Shown in pieces: positions 15,786-31,050 of a stretch of 64,000 nucleotides of DNA (position 1 is the stretch's first letter; the number at the start of each line of letters is the position of its first letter). This DNA is from the human T2T-CHM13v2.0 reference genome, Homo sapiens: positions 42,112,001-42,176,000 of the forward strand of contig CP068257.2 in assembly GCA_009914755.4 (NCBI GenBank), given 5' to 3'. Both the position numbers and the translations under genes were made by a program. Under the pieces are notes generated by a model. It did no database searches, had not been told where the DNA came from, and was given only the letters and a program-made list of their open reading frames with translations.

Positions 15786-16076
15786 AGAGAGAGAGAGAAA
15801 CGGAGTCTTACTCTGTTGCCCAGGCTGGAGTGTAGTGGTGCAATCTCGGCTCACTGCAACCTCCTCTGCCTCCTGGGTTCAAGCTATTCTCTTGCCTCAG
15901 CCTCCTGAGTAGCTGGGATTACAGGCACCTGCCTGGCTAGTTTTTTGTATTTTATTTTATTTTTTTCAGTAGGGATGGGGTTTCACCATGTTGGTCAGGC
16001 TGGTCCCGGAACTCCTGACCTCAAGTGATCCACCCACCTCAGCCTCCCAAAGTGTTGGGATTACAGGCGTGAGCCT
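15786..16076 (-). mobile_element. Alu SINE (antisense) preceded by (TA)n(GA)n
   Basis: atatatatatatagagagagagagagaaacggagtcttactctgttgcccaggctggagtgtagtgg..ttgggattacaggcgtgagcc. Confidence 0.9.
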
Positions 16077-16464
16077 GTAATTTTGATCCCTTTGTCAACT
16101 TGTATTTAAACCAGACCACAGCATTAATTACATATTTTATTTTCTGTTTTACACTGATATTTCCTGTTTACACACAAGCTTCTAACCCTAAATCCAGCTT
16201 CCCCCAACCCAGGTGCCCCATAGGAGTTCCTGGTCACTGCTCCTGCAGACAACCGCTCCCTTCCTGTTGGGGATGGCTCTCCCGCTGCGTGGTCCCCTAA
16301 ACAGCCCCTCCCCCACCTGCCTTCCGCTGGAAATTCTCAAGTGGGAAATACAACGGGTTTTCCTTTCAATGCAAAACTGCTTGATTCTGTTTTGCATGTT
16401 ATAAAAGCTTAGTCTCAGAGTTCATGTTAAGAGTGTAGAATACACACAGTCCATGATTCAGTTT

Positions 16465-16770
<306 letters not shown>

Positions 16771-17327
16771 GATTCAGAATTTCCTAACATCACTTTCAAA
16801 GCTCTGTGGACTCACTGGTAGATCCCTCCTTAGTCTTCACAGATCCCCCACGATCTGGACAGCCTGAACCCTGCAGCTGCAGTTCTGGCATACGCTGCCG
16901 GACGCCTCGGAGGCAAAGCGCAGCTCAGGACACCCTCAGGAACACGTTCACATCATGACCCCGGTGCACAGAGACTTTCACCCCCAGTCTTAGCTCTTAT
17001 CATGTATGATGCTCCCTCTTCTGTCCTATTTAACATAGAATCACAGTTGGGAAGGCACCGGACCAATTCCATGAATGGGAAGTAATCCCTGTTGAAAACT
17101 AGAAGGTGTTTTTAAAAACAGCCACGCTCTCCTAAGATACCTCCCTTTAGAAGCCCACGTGGCTCCATGGGAAGCCTCCCGCACCACAGGGCACTCAGTG
17201 AGGCTGCAGGCTATTCTGCACGTGCACGACACTGTGTGGCTGCCTCTCCGTACCAGAGCATAAAGTGCGTGAATGTATCTGAGATCTGGAGCCAGTTATG
17301 CTCTGGAATTGGATTTACTCACACTCT

Positions 17328-17333
17328 TTTATT
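17328..17333 (-). terminator. CSTB: Candidate CSTB polyadenylation signal (AATAAA on minus strand; plus strand reads tttatt)
   Basis: First canonical AATAAA found on the minus strand downstream of the CSTB stop, about 480 nt after the stop. No AATAAA/ATTAAA lies closer; the implied 3' UTR is longer than I expected, so this is uncertain. Confidence 0.3.
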
Positions 17334-17813
17334 TTATGGGAGAAACTGAAGCTTGGGGCCAGGACCTAAGAGTCAAAGCACCAACATGTAAAGAGTGGTG
17401 GTTAGGAACGCGGGCCGGAGTGGGCAGGTGTGAATCCTGGGTCCACCACCTGCTTGCTGTGTGAGCCAGGCAGTCTCTCCGCCCTCCATGCCCCCGAGGG
17501 GAAGGACCTGCCCGGGGTGGTTCAGACGAAGAAAAAAGTCTAAAACAAAGGAGGCAATCTGTAAGGATTTTAAAAATATATCTATTTTGAAAATATTCTG
17601 AAAGTAATTAAGATCACCTATTGGGAAGGAAAGAAATCAACACAATGAAATTTAGGAAGAGAAATGCAAAAGCAGCTGCAGAATCCTGCCCCTTCCACCC
17701 CAAGGGGCACAGCCCGGAGATGAAGCTTATTTTAGGATCACAAGTGCACGCTCTGGTAGACGGAGGATGACTTTGTCAGTCTTCTGGCTGAAGGGCCTTG
17801 TCCAAAGTCAGGA

Positions 17814-17942
17814 TCAGAAATAGGTCAGCTCATCATGCTTGGCTTTGTTGGTCTGGTAGTTAGATAAGGTCAAGGGCTTGTTTTCATGAGGGAGAGATTG
17901 GAACACTCGCAGGTGTACGAAGTCCTCGTCGCCGACGTGCAC
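17814..17942 (-). CDS. CSTB: Cystatin B exon 3 ([42 protein letters not shown], then stop)
   Basis: Minus-strand translation matches the cystatin B C-terminus exactly. The preceding AG acceptor has a polypyrimidine tract (ctctcttcccag|GTGCAC). Stop TGA is complemented at 17814-17816. Confidence 0.92.
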   Translation of the reverse strand: MHVGDEDFVHLRVFQSLPHENKPLTLSNYQTNKAKHDELTYF

Positions 17943-18269
17943 CTGGGAAGAGAGCGGAGTGAGCGAAGCCTCTGATCCCAAGTCACCTTGCTGCGCCCCT
18001 CCAGGTCATTAGCAGCCAGCTGAAGACAATCTTGTCTTCTCCTGCATGTGCAGGGGATGCCTCACATCCCACACTTGTTTCCTTGGGGTTCTTAGCTCCC
18101 CAGAAGCCCTAGTCCTCCTGAAAGGCCGATGGACACACACAGTAGGATGCTTATCTCAGGGGGCAGCCACAGGGCGCCCCAGCACCTAAGACCACACAGC
18201 CCGGGCCTGCACAGGCGGTTTCCTACCAGCACCCGTTCGGGGCAGGCCCTCCTGAGGCCCACACTCTAC

Positions 18270-18371
18270 CTTGATGAAGTAGTTTGTCCCCGCGACCACC
18301 TGGCTCTTGAATGACACGGCCTTAAACACAGGGAACTTCTTGTTTTCTTTCTCTTCAAGCTGGGACCTCAC
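18270..18371 (-). CDS. CSTB: Cystatin B exon 2 ([34 protein letters not shown]; includes the QVVAG cystatin motif)
   Basis: 102 nt in frame. Acceptor ccttctgtctag|GTGAGG and donor AAG|gtagag on the minus strand. Encodes the conserved QxVxG (QVVAG) protease-binding loop. Confidence 0.92.
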
Positions 18372-18553
18372 CTAGACAGAAGGGACAGAATGAGGATGTC
18401 TCAGTGGCTTCTTGGATTCCCTCCTGCTAGAGTAACTTGCACGCATGTGAGCACACACACGATTCTGACACTGGCTCTTCACACAATTGTCTCTTACAAC
18501 TGAAGGGACATTTAAACTGTCAGCCTAATAATAAAGTAGAAAAAAACAGTTCC

Positions 18554-18852
<299 letters not shown>

Positions 18853-19815
18853 CAGGCCTCAGCATCGCCTGGACCTGTTCTTGCTTGGGGCATCCCGTCG
18901 GTCACCAACCATGACAGCGAGGCGGGCCTGGCCTGTGCTCCACCGGAGGGGGCTTCTTGCACAGATGACCTGCTCATTTCAGCCCCTCCAGAATCTTCTG
19001 GCAGGCGCAGAGCAACAGGACGTCCATTTTACAGACGAGGAAACCGAGACACAGGGAAGGTTGCCATCTGCAACCCAGCCCGGTTTTTATCTTGTTTTTC
19101 TGTGTTTTAACTTTTTATTTAGACTTACAGTTTGAAACAGTGCTAGAATCGGAAGCATGTAAAGAAACCTGTGGACCTTTTATGCAGATACACTTAAGTT
19201 TTTAACCCATGTGCCTTATCACTGGGGACCTCTTGCACTCTCTCTCATGATTTTTTTCCCGAACTAGATGAGGATATTGACAAAGATTCTTGCTTGGCCA
19301 AACTGTAGTCGGGCTCCTGAAGCGCCTAGGCCACCTGCGCACTTCCTTGTAAAATCCACTTTTAGCAAGAAGCCTGGCTAAGTCAGTTTAGCCAGACCCT
19401 TCCCACCCGCTTGCTATCGGATCACCGTGGAGATCGGAGCCGGCTGCTCACCTGCGCCATCGCCGGCGACGCCCGATCACCCTGCCTGCCTGAAACCAGA
19501 AGCGCCTCATCCCTGGGGTTTCCTCTCAGAGACTGTCCATGCAGGGACCGCACCCTGCTCCGGGCTATCAATTCCCACTCGCCCTTGCTGTATTCAGCGG
19601 AGCCCAATGTCTCCCCAGCGGCGCCCCAGGCGCGGCCCCCCGCTGCTCACTCGCGCGCAGCGCCCGAGCGGAGGGAGGCCTCTCACGGCCACAGCCCGGG
19701 CCAGCCCAGGGGTGCGCAGCGGGGCCAAAGCGGCTTCTTTCGCTCCAGGAGCCGCGGCCGCGCCCTGAGGCTAAGGCAGGACTCCGGGCCGGCCCCGTCC
19801 CCGCGGCCCACCCAC

Positions 19816-19881
19816 CTGGTCGGCGATGTGCTGGGTCTCGGCGGTGGCCGGCTGCGTGGCGGAGGGCGCCCCGCACATCAT
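19816..19881 (-). CDS. CSTB: Cystatin B exon 1 coding part (MMCGAPSATQPATAETQHIADQ), donor CAG|gtgggt
   Basis: Reverse complement of ccgcacatcatcttggcggc gives gccgccaagATGATGTGCGGGGCGCCC.. matching the CSTB N-terminus. With exons 2 and 3 this gives 22+34+42 = 98 codons. Confidence 0.92.
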
Positions 19882-19960
19882 CTTGGCGGCGACGGAGGGA
19901 ATCTGGCGAGGGGACTCGGCGAGGGGACGCGGCGGCTCCTCAGCCCAAGTAGGCGCTGGG

Positions 19961-19970
19961 GTCACGTGAC
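19961..19970. promoter_or_regulatory. Perfect palindromic E-box of CLEAR type, GTCACGTGAC
   Basis: ggggtcacgtgacgcgcggg; the 10-bp palindrome lies 80 bp upstream of the CSTB ATG. Confidence 0.6.
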
Positions 19971-20055
19971 GCGCGGGCGGAACCAAGGGGCGGGGAGGAG
20001 GCACTTTGGCTTCGGAGTCCCCTGCGGGGTCGCGGTGGCCCCGCAAGAAGGGACG

Positions 20056-20091
20056 CGCGGGGCGGGGCGCGGGGCGGGGCGCGGGGCGGGG
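20056..20091 (-). repeat. CSTB: CSTB promoter dodecamer repeat (CCCCGCCCCGCG)x3 on the gene strand, the EPM1 expansion site; normal-length allele
   Basis: Plus strand reads cgcggggcgggg three times in perfect tandem (20056-20067, 20068-20079, 20080-20091), starting 175 bp upstream of the ATG. Each unit carries a GGGGCGGGG Sp1-like box. Confidence 0.93.
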
Positions 20092-20527
20092 AGCCTGGCC
20101 ACCACTCGCCGCAGGCTGGGTCTCCGCGCCCAGCGCTGGTGTCGGGAGGGAGCGCCCCCCTCCCGGGGCTGGTATCGTCTTTCCGGGCGCCGAGTCACAC
20201 GGACCGGGGCGGGGGCGCGGCCGGGTGTCGCCGGTGGGTTGGGCGCGCAGGGTGGGACGATAGGGAAGGGGCAGTCGGAGTAGGCGCAATCCTGCAGGGT
20301 GGCGGGGTCCGGGCCGCGCACGAGGGAGGGCGGGGCGCAGCGCTGCAGGGGTCAGGGGTCAGGGGTCCCGGCCCCGCGGGAGCAGGTGTGCGGGCTGCAG
20401 TGGACATCACCGCTTGTGACCGAGAACACTGAAGGCTGAAGGGGGTGGACAGAGGGGCCCAGGGAGGGGGAGACGGCGCCCACGCGCTCCAGGCTGGGTG
20501 GGGGCAGGGGGTAGATCAGAGGGATGA

Positions 20528-21612
<1,085 letters not shown>

Positions 21613-22871
21613 CCCTTTGGTTTAGGGTTTCTGTTAGACTGGACCACCTGCGGAAGGGAAGGGTCGCTTGCCTTATTTGGGGTGGGGGTGGGGCCTGTGC
21701 TAGGCACCTGTTGGTGTGATTGACTCCTCAAAATGACCCAGAGCCCCCACCCAAGGGCTGTCCCTCAGGGGGACTGGTCCGCTCCTGCATGCAAGGCCCC
21801 AGCTGGAGCGGCCCATGAATGGGTTGTGGGGTCCTTTCTCTTACCTGCCAGGGCACAGCCTGGTCTGTCACTTCAGGGAAGGGCCCAAAGGGGTGGGCAG
21901 TCAGGTGTGGTTGAAGCCTGGGGGGAGCGGGGCAGAGCCCCCCATCATTGTTGAATGAGTGAAGGCAGAGTTGACCCCACGAAAATGGAAAACTCTTCTA
22001 TGTGGAAAGCAAAGCATCAGGGGAAAACATAGTCAAGAAGAGAAAGGGATGGTCCGCTGCTTGTACGGGTCCTGCAGCTCTGTTGGGCTTGTGCCGTGGA
22101 AGGTGTTGGCCTTGAGGCCTTTGGTCCTGAGGTGCCTCCTGGAGTCGGATCCTCACTCTCCTTGCTGGAGCTGGGTCCCAGGTGCCTCCGTTTTACAAAT
22201 AGGAGGATAACAGCTGTGGAAATAAAGCCCACGCAAATGAGAACAAAAGACGATTTATTCAGGACTTGCTGTACAAGGGAGTCGCCGTCCTCTCTTGTGT
22301 TGACCGAGATTCCTCAGCAGGCGGGGGCAGAGCCGGGGAAAAGCCTGGAATGGGAAGGGGAGGCTCAGGTGCACCTGAGGGAGGCTGTGGCCTGGGGAGA
22401 CGGAAGAGGGGCTCACTAGGAGTGTGACCGTGACAGGTCCGTTGCCTAGGGTGCAGGAAGTCAGCACACTGCCACCCAGGGTTTGCAGCAGACAGTTTGA
22501 ACCGCAAGGTTGTAACTGGGAGGAGACCTCAAATCCATCTCCCTGAGGAGTTTGGGGCTGGGAACTTTCAGGGGTTTGGAGTGGGCTGAGGGCGGGGGCT
22601 GCTGACCGGTGGAGAAGTGCAGGGTGAAGCAGGGTGGAGTCATGGGGTGGGGTTGAAGATGCTGTATTCTCATGCTGGTTCACTTCCTCTGTGGGGCTCT
22701 TCAAACTGGTTGGCCTGGAATTAAGGATCTGAAACGTCTTAAGGAATTCTTAAACAAAAGCCTCATGATTCTGAAGTCAGAGATTCCGTCCATAGGAACA
22801 GTAGGGGTGCAGATAGTCACTAGCGCTACGTGACTTTCAGTTAGAAGGAAGTGGGTTAAAGTGTAGCCTGA

Positions 22872-23325
<454 letters not shown>

Positions 23326-23811
23326 AGAACCTGGGCAGAAAGCTTCTGGCTAGCCGTGAAAGTTGAGGTTTGGCCTCTGGACAGTCGCTGTGGCTCAGAG
23401 TTCTCTTCCCATATTTGGTCTGGCTGTTTTCTGTTTGTGTGTTCATTGTCTCGCAATGTCAAAGCTGCCTTCGTGCTGCAGGTGTGGGTGCAAGCAGATG
23501 TTTTCAAACCATCTTGGAGGGCAGGTGCTGGAGCCCAGCTGCCTGAGTGTGGACCCAGCCCTTCTTCGCACCTGCTGTGTGGTGAAGGACTAATTGCTGA
23601 AACTCTCTGTGCCTCTCTCTGTGGGGATAATGCTAATAACCAATCTCAAATTTTTTTTTAAAGGACTAAGTGAATTAGTAATTAAGTACAAAAAGCTTGG
23701 GACAGTGTCTGAGCTCCAGGGTGAGTTGTCAGTATTGTTATTATTGGTATGCTAATCAAAGCCAACCTAGAATTTGTATTACTTTTCCAATCAAAAGCCC
23801 TGGAATTTTTT

Positions 23812-24068
23812 ATTTTATTTATTTATTTTTTTGAGACATGGTCTGATTCTGTTGCCCACACTGGAGTTCGGTGGCACGATCACAGCTCACTGCAGCCTGA
23901 CCTCCCAGGCTCAAGCAATCTTCCCACCTCAGCCTCCTGAGTAGCTGGGGCCACAGGTGTGCACCACCATGCCTGGCTAATTTTTTTCATTTTTTGTAGA
24001 GCTGGAAGTCTCACTATGTTGCCCAGGCTAATCTTGAAATCCTGGGCCCAAGTGATCCTCCCACCTCT
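23812..24068 (-). mobile_element. Alu SINE (antisense, diverged)
   Basis: tttattttatttatttatttttttgagacatggtctgattctgttgcccacactggagttcggtggcacgatcacagctcactgcag..gtgatcctcccacctc. Confidence 0.85.
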
Positions 24069-24537
24069 GAAACCACCTTTGCAAAAATTGTATCCATGAG
24101 AAAATGGTGGCAGTGGGAGAGATCTGAACCAGCTGACCCGGCTCTGGCCTTTAGCTTTTAAGCTGCCTTGATTATTCCTGGGTTTAGGCTGAGCTAACTT
24201 TGGCAGACATTTAGTTTACAGTTTAGATGATACTGGCCCTTCCCCAAAACTCAACCACCTTTGCAAAGCTCATGAGAGACTAGGCTAGGAGAAGGAGAGG
24301 AGCCTGGGTTCAGCTAAGGTGTAGACAAACAATTGCCAGCCATTATTCTGGAGGTCACAGGACAGCAACCTCCCCAGTTAGTCCTGCAGTTAATGTCGCT
24401 ATTGTAGACTGGCCTTTTGAGATACTTTTGCAGGTTTTGGGCATGTCTGACACCCATGGCTCTACCTGGACCCACTGACCATGGCTCCTGTGGCCCCTCC
24501 CAGAAGCAACTCAGTGCAAAAGGACATCTTCCCATGA

Positions 24538-25000
<463 letters not shown>

Positions 25001-25067
25001 TGACAATTAACTTTCTTTTCTTCAGTGCCGTGGCCTTTGTACAGCAGGCAGGAAGAACCTGTTGGGC

Positions 25068-25126
25068 GGTCCCACCTTGGCCTCCCAAAGTGCTGGGATT
25101 ACAGGCATGAGCCATCACGCCCAACC
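25068..25126 (-). mobile_element. Alu fragment (antisense 3'-terminal piece)
   Basis: gtcccaccttggcctcccaaagtgctgggattacaggcatgagccatcacgcccaacc. Confidence 0.75.
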
Positions 25127-25273
25127 ATGCTGACTTTTACCTCCCATTCTTTGATGCCAGAGTTTTTCATTTACTGAAGGCAAGGGGACAAGACCAAATA
25201 CCTTGTCTCCCCACTTAGAGAATGAGAAAGAAAAAAATTATGAATATTTCTTATCTGAGGAAAATGAACCCTT

Positions 25274-25563
25274 TTTTTTTTTGAGATGGAGTCTCGCTCT
25301 TGTCACCAGGCTGGAGTGCAGTGGTGCGATCTTGGCTCACTGCAAGCTCCTCCTCCTGGGTTGACACCATTCTTCTGCTTCAGCCTCCCAAGTAGCTGAG
25401 ACTACAGGCACCCGCCACCATGCCCGGCTAATTTTTTTTGTATTTTTAGTAGAGACAGGGTTTCACCATGTTGGCCAGAATGGTCTCGATCTCCTGACCT
25501 CGGGATCTGCCTGCCTTGGCCTCCCAAAGTGCTGGGATTACAGGAGTGAGCCACCAGGCCCGG
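25274..25563 (-). mobile_element. Alu SINE (antisense)
   Basis: cttttttttttttgagatggagtctcgctcttgtcaccaggctggagtgcagtggtgcgatc..gctgggattacaggagtgagccaccaggcccggc. Confidence 0.9.
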
Positions 25564-25852
25564 CTGAAAGCGAACCCTTTTAAGTTATCAGGCCCAGAGA
25601 GAAATTAAAATGAGACAGTAATCACATGCTGTTTCTCCTAGAGCTGTGTCACCATCTCTGGAGACTGCTTCCTCTCACCACAAGTAGCTGTAAGTGAACC
25701 TAAGGATGCTGCACACAGGACACCGTAATCCCATACAATGTATAGCCAATCACTAATCAATATTATTTCTGTAAACCAATGAGAATTCCTGATAGACAAT
25801 TTTGTATCAGCCTGCTCCTTGTCCCCCTTTTGTCTTTAAAAACCTGCTTGTC

Positions 25853-26177
<325 letters not shown>

Positions 26178-28081
26178 TCACGAAGGTCAAAAGCAGCTCT
26201 CACCAAGGCAATGTGGAAGTGTGTCTTGCTGTCCTCAACTTTAGCCCACGCACAGTCTCTACATCAATTCTGCCTCAGCTTCTTCCTTCAACAAGGAAGA
26301 AAGGAAGGAAGGACTGACAAGACCTGGGGGCACCTCAGAGACTTTGAACATCACTTACATTTGAAATCTGTATTCAGAAGAATCAAAGTTTGAAATCTAA
26401 ACTATTTCAGAATCTCACTTTTGAAATATTGGATTTCCCCAGGGTCAGTAGAACCCTAGTGTGTTTGATTGCTTGATTTTTCTTCCATGTGCCTTCTTCC
26501 TCAGCATGCTGATCAGGTTTCTTGGGGGTTTTTTTGGGCTTCCTGTTAATACTCCTAAGCAGGTGACTCATACACCTGTTCCTGGTTCCAATCAGTTGTT
26601 TGTGTTTCCATTATGCAAGAGTTTCATCATGAGAATTTGTTGTTAATTAAATTCTAGACATCAGAGGGTCTCAGCCCAAGCAATAGGTGTTGGGGGCTGT
26701 GGGCACCAGGCGCTGCAGGGGGACTGTGGGCCCCATCCTGGCACCCTGTTCATGAACCTGCAGGTGATGCTGTGGGGAGCTCTGCCTGGTGCGAAAACTG
26801 CTGACGTGGTGGGCTAAGGCGGTCAAACCCCTCTGTTGCAGGATGTCCCAGTGGACCTCAGGTCCTTCCTGTTTGCTGAGCTTGTGTTTCAGCTGCCTTT
26901 CTTTCCCACTGCAAACCCTGCCTTCTTCCAAAAGCTGCCGGTAGATCCAAAGCCCTGCAGACTTCTACTCAGGTTGCGACATGGCAACGTGAATGCCAGT
27001 ACTCTCCACATTTCTATTTGAGGATTTCGCAAAAGCTAGTGGCTTCCAAGGACAAAGGCCTGAGACCGTGCACGAACCATTCACCCTTGCATCTGGCTGT
27101 GCACCTTACTCACACGTCCCTTTCATATGTCTGCGTTGGCTGTTGAAGAGCTCCTACTGCAAGTATGCAAGTGTGGGGAGAAAAGAAAGAAAATGAGGGA
27201 AACAACCAGTGAGCCTGGGAGGGAGGCCCGCGGGGCACTTGCCTGTGGGACCCAATACGAGGAAAACCGCTCAGAACCCAGGTCTTCAGCAGCATTCGAA
27301 ACACACAAGGGCAAGATGGTGGCAGGAGTGTCATTAAACTCTCATCCTGCACGGGCACTGGGACGGACAGATCAGTCAGCGGTGGGTGTGCAGTGCGCTG
27401 TGGGCTATGTCATAGGGATGTGGTACCCAGCACATCAGTGTGTGACCAGGTCTTGCTGTAGGATGACTGAGCAGGACCACAACAGAAACTGGATGAGCTT
27501 CTAAGAGCATGGCCTGCTTGACACTGTTACAGGAAAGGGGTCCCGATCCGGACCCCAAGAGAGGGTTCTTGGATCTCTCACAAGAAAGAATTCAGCGCAA
27601 GTCCGCAGAGAAAAGTGAAAGCAAGTTTATTAAGAAAGTAGAGGAATAAGAGAATGACTATTCCATAGAGCAGCCCTGAGGACTGCTGGTTGCCCATTTT
27701 TATGGTTTTTTTTTGATGACATGCTAAACAAGGGGTGGATTATTCATGCCTCCCCTTTTTAGACCATATAGGGTAACTTCCTGATGTTGCCATGGTATCT
27801 GTAAACTGTCATGGTGCTGGTGGGAGTGTAGCAGTGAGGATGACCAGAGGCCACTCTTGTGGCCATCTTGGTTTTGGTGGGTTTTAGCCGGCTCCTTTAC
27901 TGCAACCTGTTTTATCAGCAAGGTCTTTATGGCCTGTAGTTTGTACTGACCTCCTATCTCATCCTGTGACTAAGAAGGCCTTAACCATCTGGGAATGCAG
28001 CCCAGTAGGTCTCAGCCTCATTTTACCCAGCTCCTATTCAAGATGGAGTCGCTCTGGTTCAAACACCTCTGAACATGTTCA

Positions 28082-28842
<761 letters not shown>

Positions 28843-28845
28843 ACA

Positions 28846-29040
28846 AAAAATAAAAAATTAGCTAGCTGAGGTGATGCACACCTGTGGTCCCAGCTATTCA
28901 GAAGGCTGGGGTGGGAGGATCACTTGAGCCCTGGAGGTCGAGGCTGCAGTGAGCTGTGATTGCAACACTGCATTCCAGCCTGGGAGATAGAGTGAAACTC
29001 TGTCTCTTAAAAAAATAAATAAAATAAAATAAAATAAAAG
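28846..29040 (+). mobile_element. Alu right-arm fragment (sense) with (AAAAT)n tail
   Basis: aaaaattagctagctgaggtgatgcacacctgtggtcccagctattcagaaggctggggtgggaggatcacttgagccc..ctgggagatagagtgaaactctgtctc..aaataaaataaaataaaataaaa. Confidence 0.85.
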
Positions 29041-29233
29041 TAGTGGGACATTTCAGGCCGTTTAAAAATTTGAAATTTTGGTCTTTAATATTCATTAAAA
29101 ACCAGGTCATATTTTCTTGTCTCCACCTCTAGCCCGGGGGAAAAGAGAAAATACAGTGAAAAAGAGGTTTAAACTTAGTTTTCCTTAAGGCTGAGCCCTA
29201 GTGTGACTTTCAGTCAGAAATGGGTTATACTGT

Positions 29234-29872
<639 letters not shown>

Positions 29873-30069
29873 CGAGAAGAGATTTTTTAAAAGCCACTTT
29901 ATTCGATTTCCAAATCTTAGTCTTCCATATCTTTAGAGACCACCTGCCATGTCCTTTCCGTCTGAAGCCTGGCATCTCGAGCCTGGTGTGAAGGTGTGCT
30001 CCCCAGTGCACAACTTCACCCTCCTAGTACAGCTTAGTCCCTCCCACCCTGTTCTCAGCAGCTGGGTGT

Positions 30070-31050
30070 GACATACCCGCTATGTGCCTGATATACCCAC
30101 TATGTGCGAGACATACCCACTGTGCACCTGACATACCCACTGTGAGCCTGACATGCCCATTGCATGCACGATACCACCCACTGTGTGCATGCGACATACC
30201 CACTGTGTGCAACATACCAACTGTTTGCATGACATACCCACTGTACACCTGACATGCCCATTGTGCGCCTGACATGCCCACTATGTGCGTGCAACATACC
30301 CACTGTGTGCGTGCGACATACCCATTGTGCGCACGACATACCCACTGTGCGCGCGACATGCCCACTGTGCACCTGACATGCCCGCTGTGTGCGTGCGACA
30401 TGCCCACTGTTTGCATGCGACATACCCACTGTGCACCTGACATACCCACTGTGCGCGCGACATACCCACTGTGTGAGTGCGACATACCCACTGTGCGCGT
30501 GAAATACCCATTGTGTGTGTGCGACATACCCACTGTGCGTGCGACACACCCACTGTGCGCATGACACACCCTGTGTGCGCGACATACCCACTGTGCGCCT
30601 GACATGCTCATTGTGCGCCTGACATGCCCACTGTGTGTGTGCGACATGCCCACTGTGCGCGTGACATGCCCACTGTGCGTCTGACATGCCCACTGTGTGC
30701 GTGCCACATACCCACTGTGCACCTGACATACCCACTGTGCGCGACATACCCACTGTGCATCTGACACGCCCATTGTGCGCGACACACCCACTGTGTGCGT
30801 GCAACATACCCACTGTGTGCCTGACACTGTGTGCATGCGACATACCCACTGTGTGCGAGACATACCCACTGTGCGCCTGACATGCCCATTGTGCACCTGA
30901 CATGCCCATTGCGTGCGTGCAACATACCCACTGTGTGCGTGCGACATACCCACTGTGCGCCTGACATGCCCACTGTGTGCGTGCAACATGCCCACTGTGC
31001 GTGACATACCCAGTGTGTGCGTGCGACATACCCACTGTGTGAGTGCAGGG
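30070..31050. repeat. About 1 kb minisatellite/VNTR of ~45-50 degenerate 20-22 bp units (consensus approximately ACAT[A/G]CCCACTGTG[T]GCG[TG/CC]TG/CG)
   Basis: Head-to-tail units such as acatacccactgtgcacctg | acatgcccattgtgcgcctg | acatgcccactatgtgcgtgca | acatacccactgtgtgcgtgcg repeat throughout. Plus strand is depleted in tca/tta/cta, hence the stop-free minus-strand artefact ORFs 30024..31061 (345 aa) and 30100..31155 (351 aa). Confidence 0.93.

Larger units (their letters stand above)
19882..20500 (-). promoter_or_regulatory. CSTB: CSTB 5' UTR / CpG-island promoter (GC-boxes, E-box/CLEAR palindrome, dodecamer repeat); the island spans roughly 19400-20500
   Basis: Very high CpG density with multiple GGGCGG/CCGCCC Sp1-type boxes immediately upstream (minus-strand sense) of the CSTB ATG. 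The TSS is not determinable from sequence alone. Confidence 0.75.

Noticed and set aside
17328-17333. Using the minus-strand AATAAA at 17328-17333 to define the CSTB 3' end with confidence
   Set aside because: It implies a ~480-nt 3' UTR, longer than I expected for the short CSTB mRNA, and no closer canonical signal was seen. Kept only as a low-confidence candidate.
20056-20091. Possibility that the CSTB dodecamer is pathologically expanded in this sequence
   Set aside because: Only three perfect copies are present, in the normal range (2-3). Pathogenic alleles carry tens of copies.
19411-20283. 290-aa plus-strand ORF across the CSTB CpG island (plus the overlapping 137-aa, 172-aa and 119-aa ORFs)
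   Set aside because: GC-rich DNA is stop-poor in all frames. The real coding exon here is CSTB exon 1 on the opposite strand (19881..19816). The ORF product is Arg/Gly/Ala/Pro low-complexity.
27527-28080. LTR-like segment (ggaaaggggtcccgatccggacccc..caagatggagtcgctctggttcaaac)
   Set aside because: It looks like an interspersed retroelement-derived sequence, but I cannot assign it to a family from memory, so it is not annotated as a feature.
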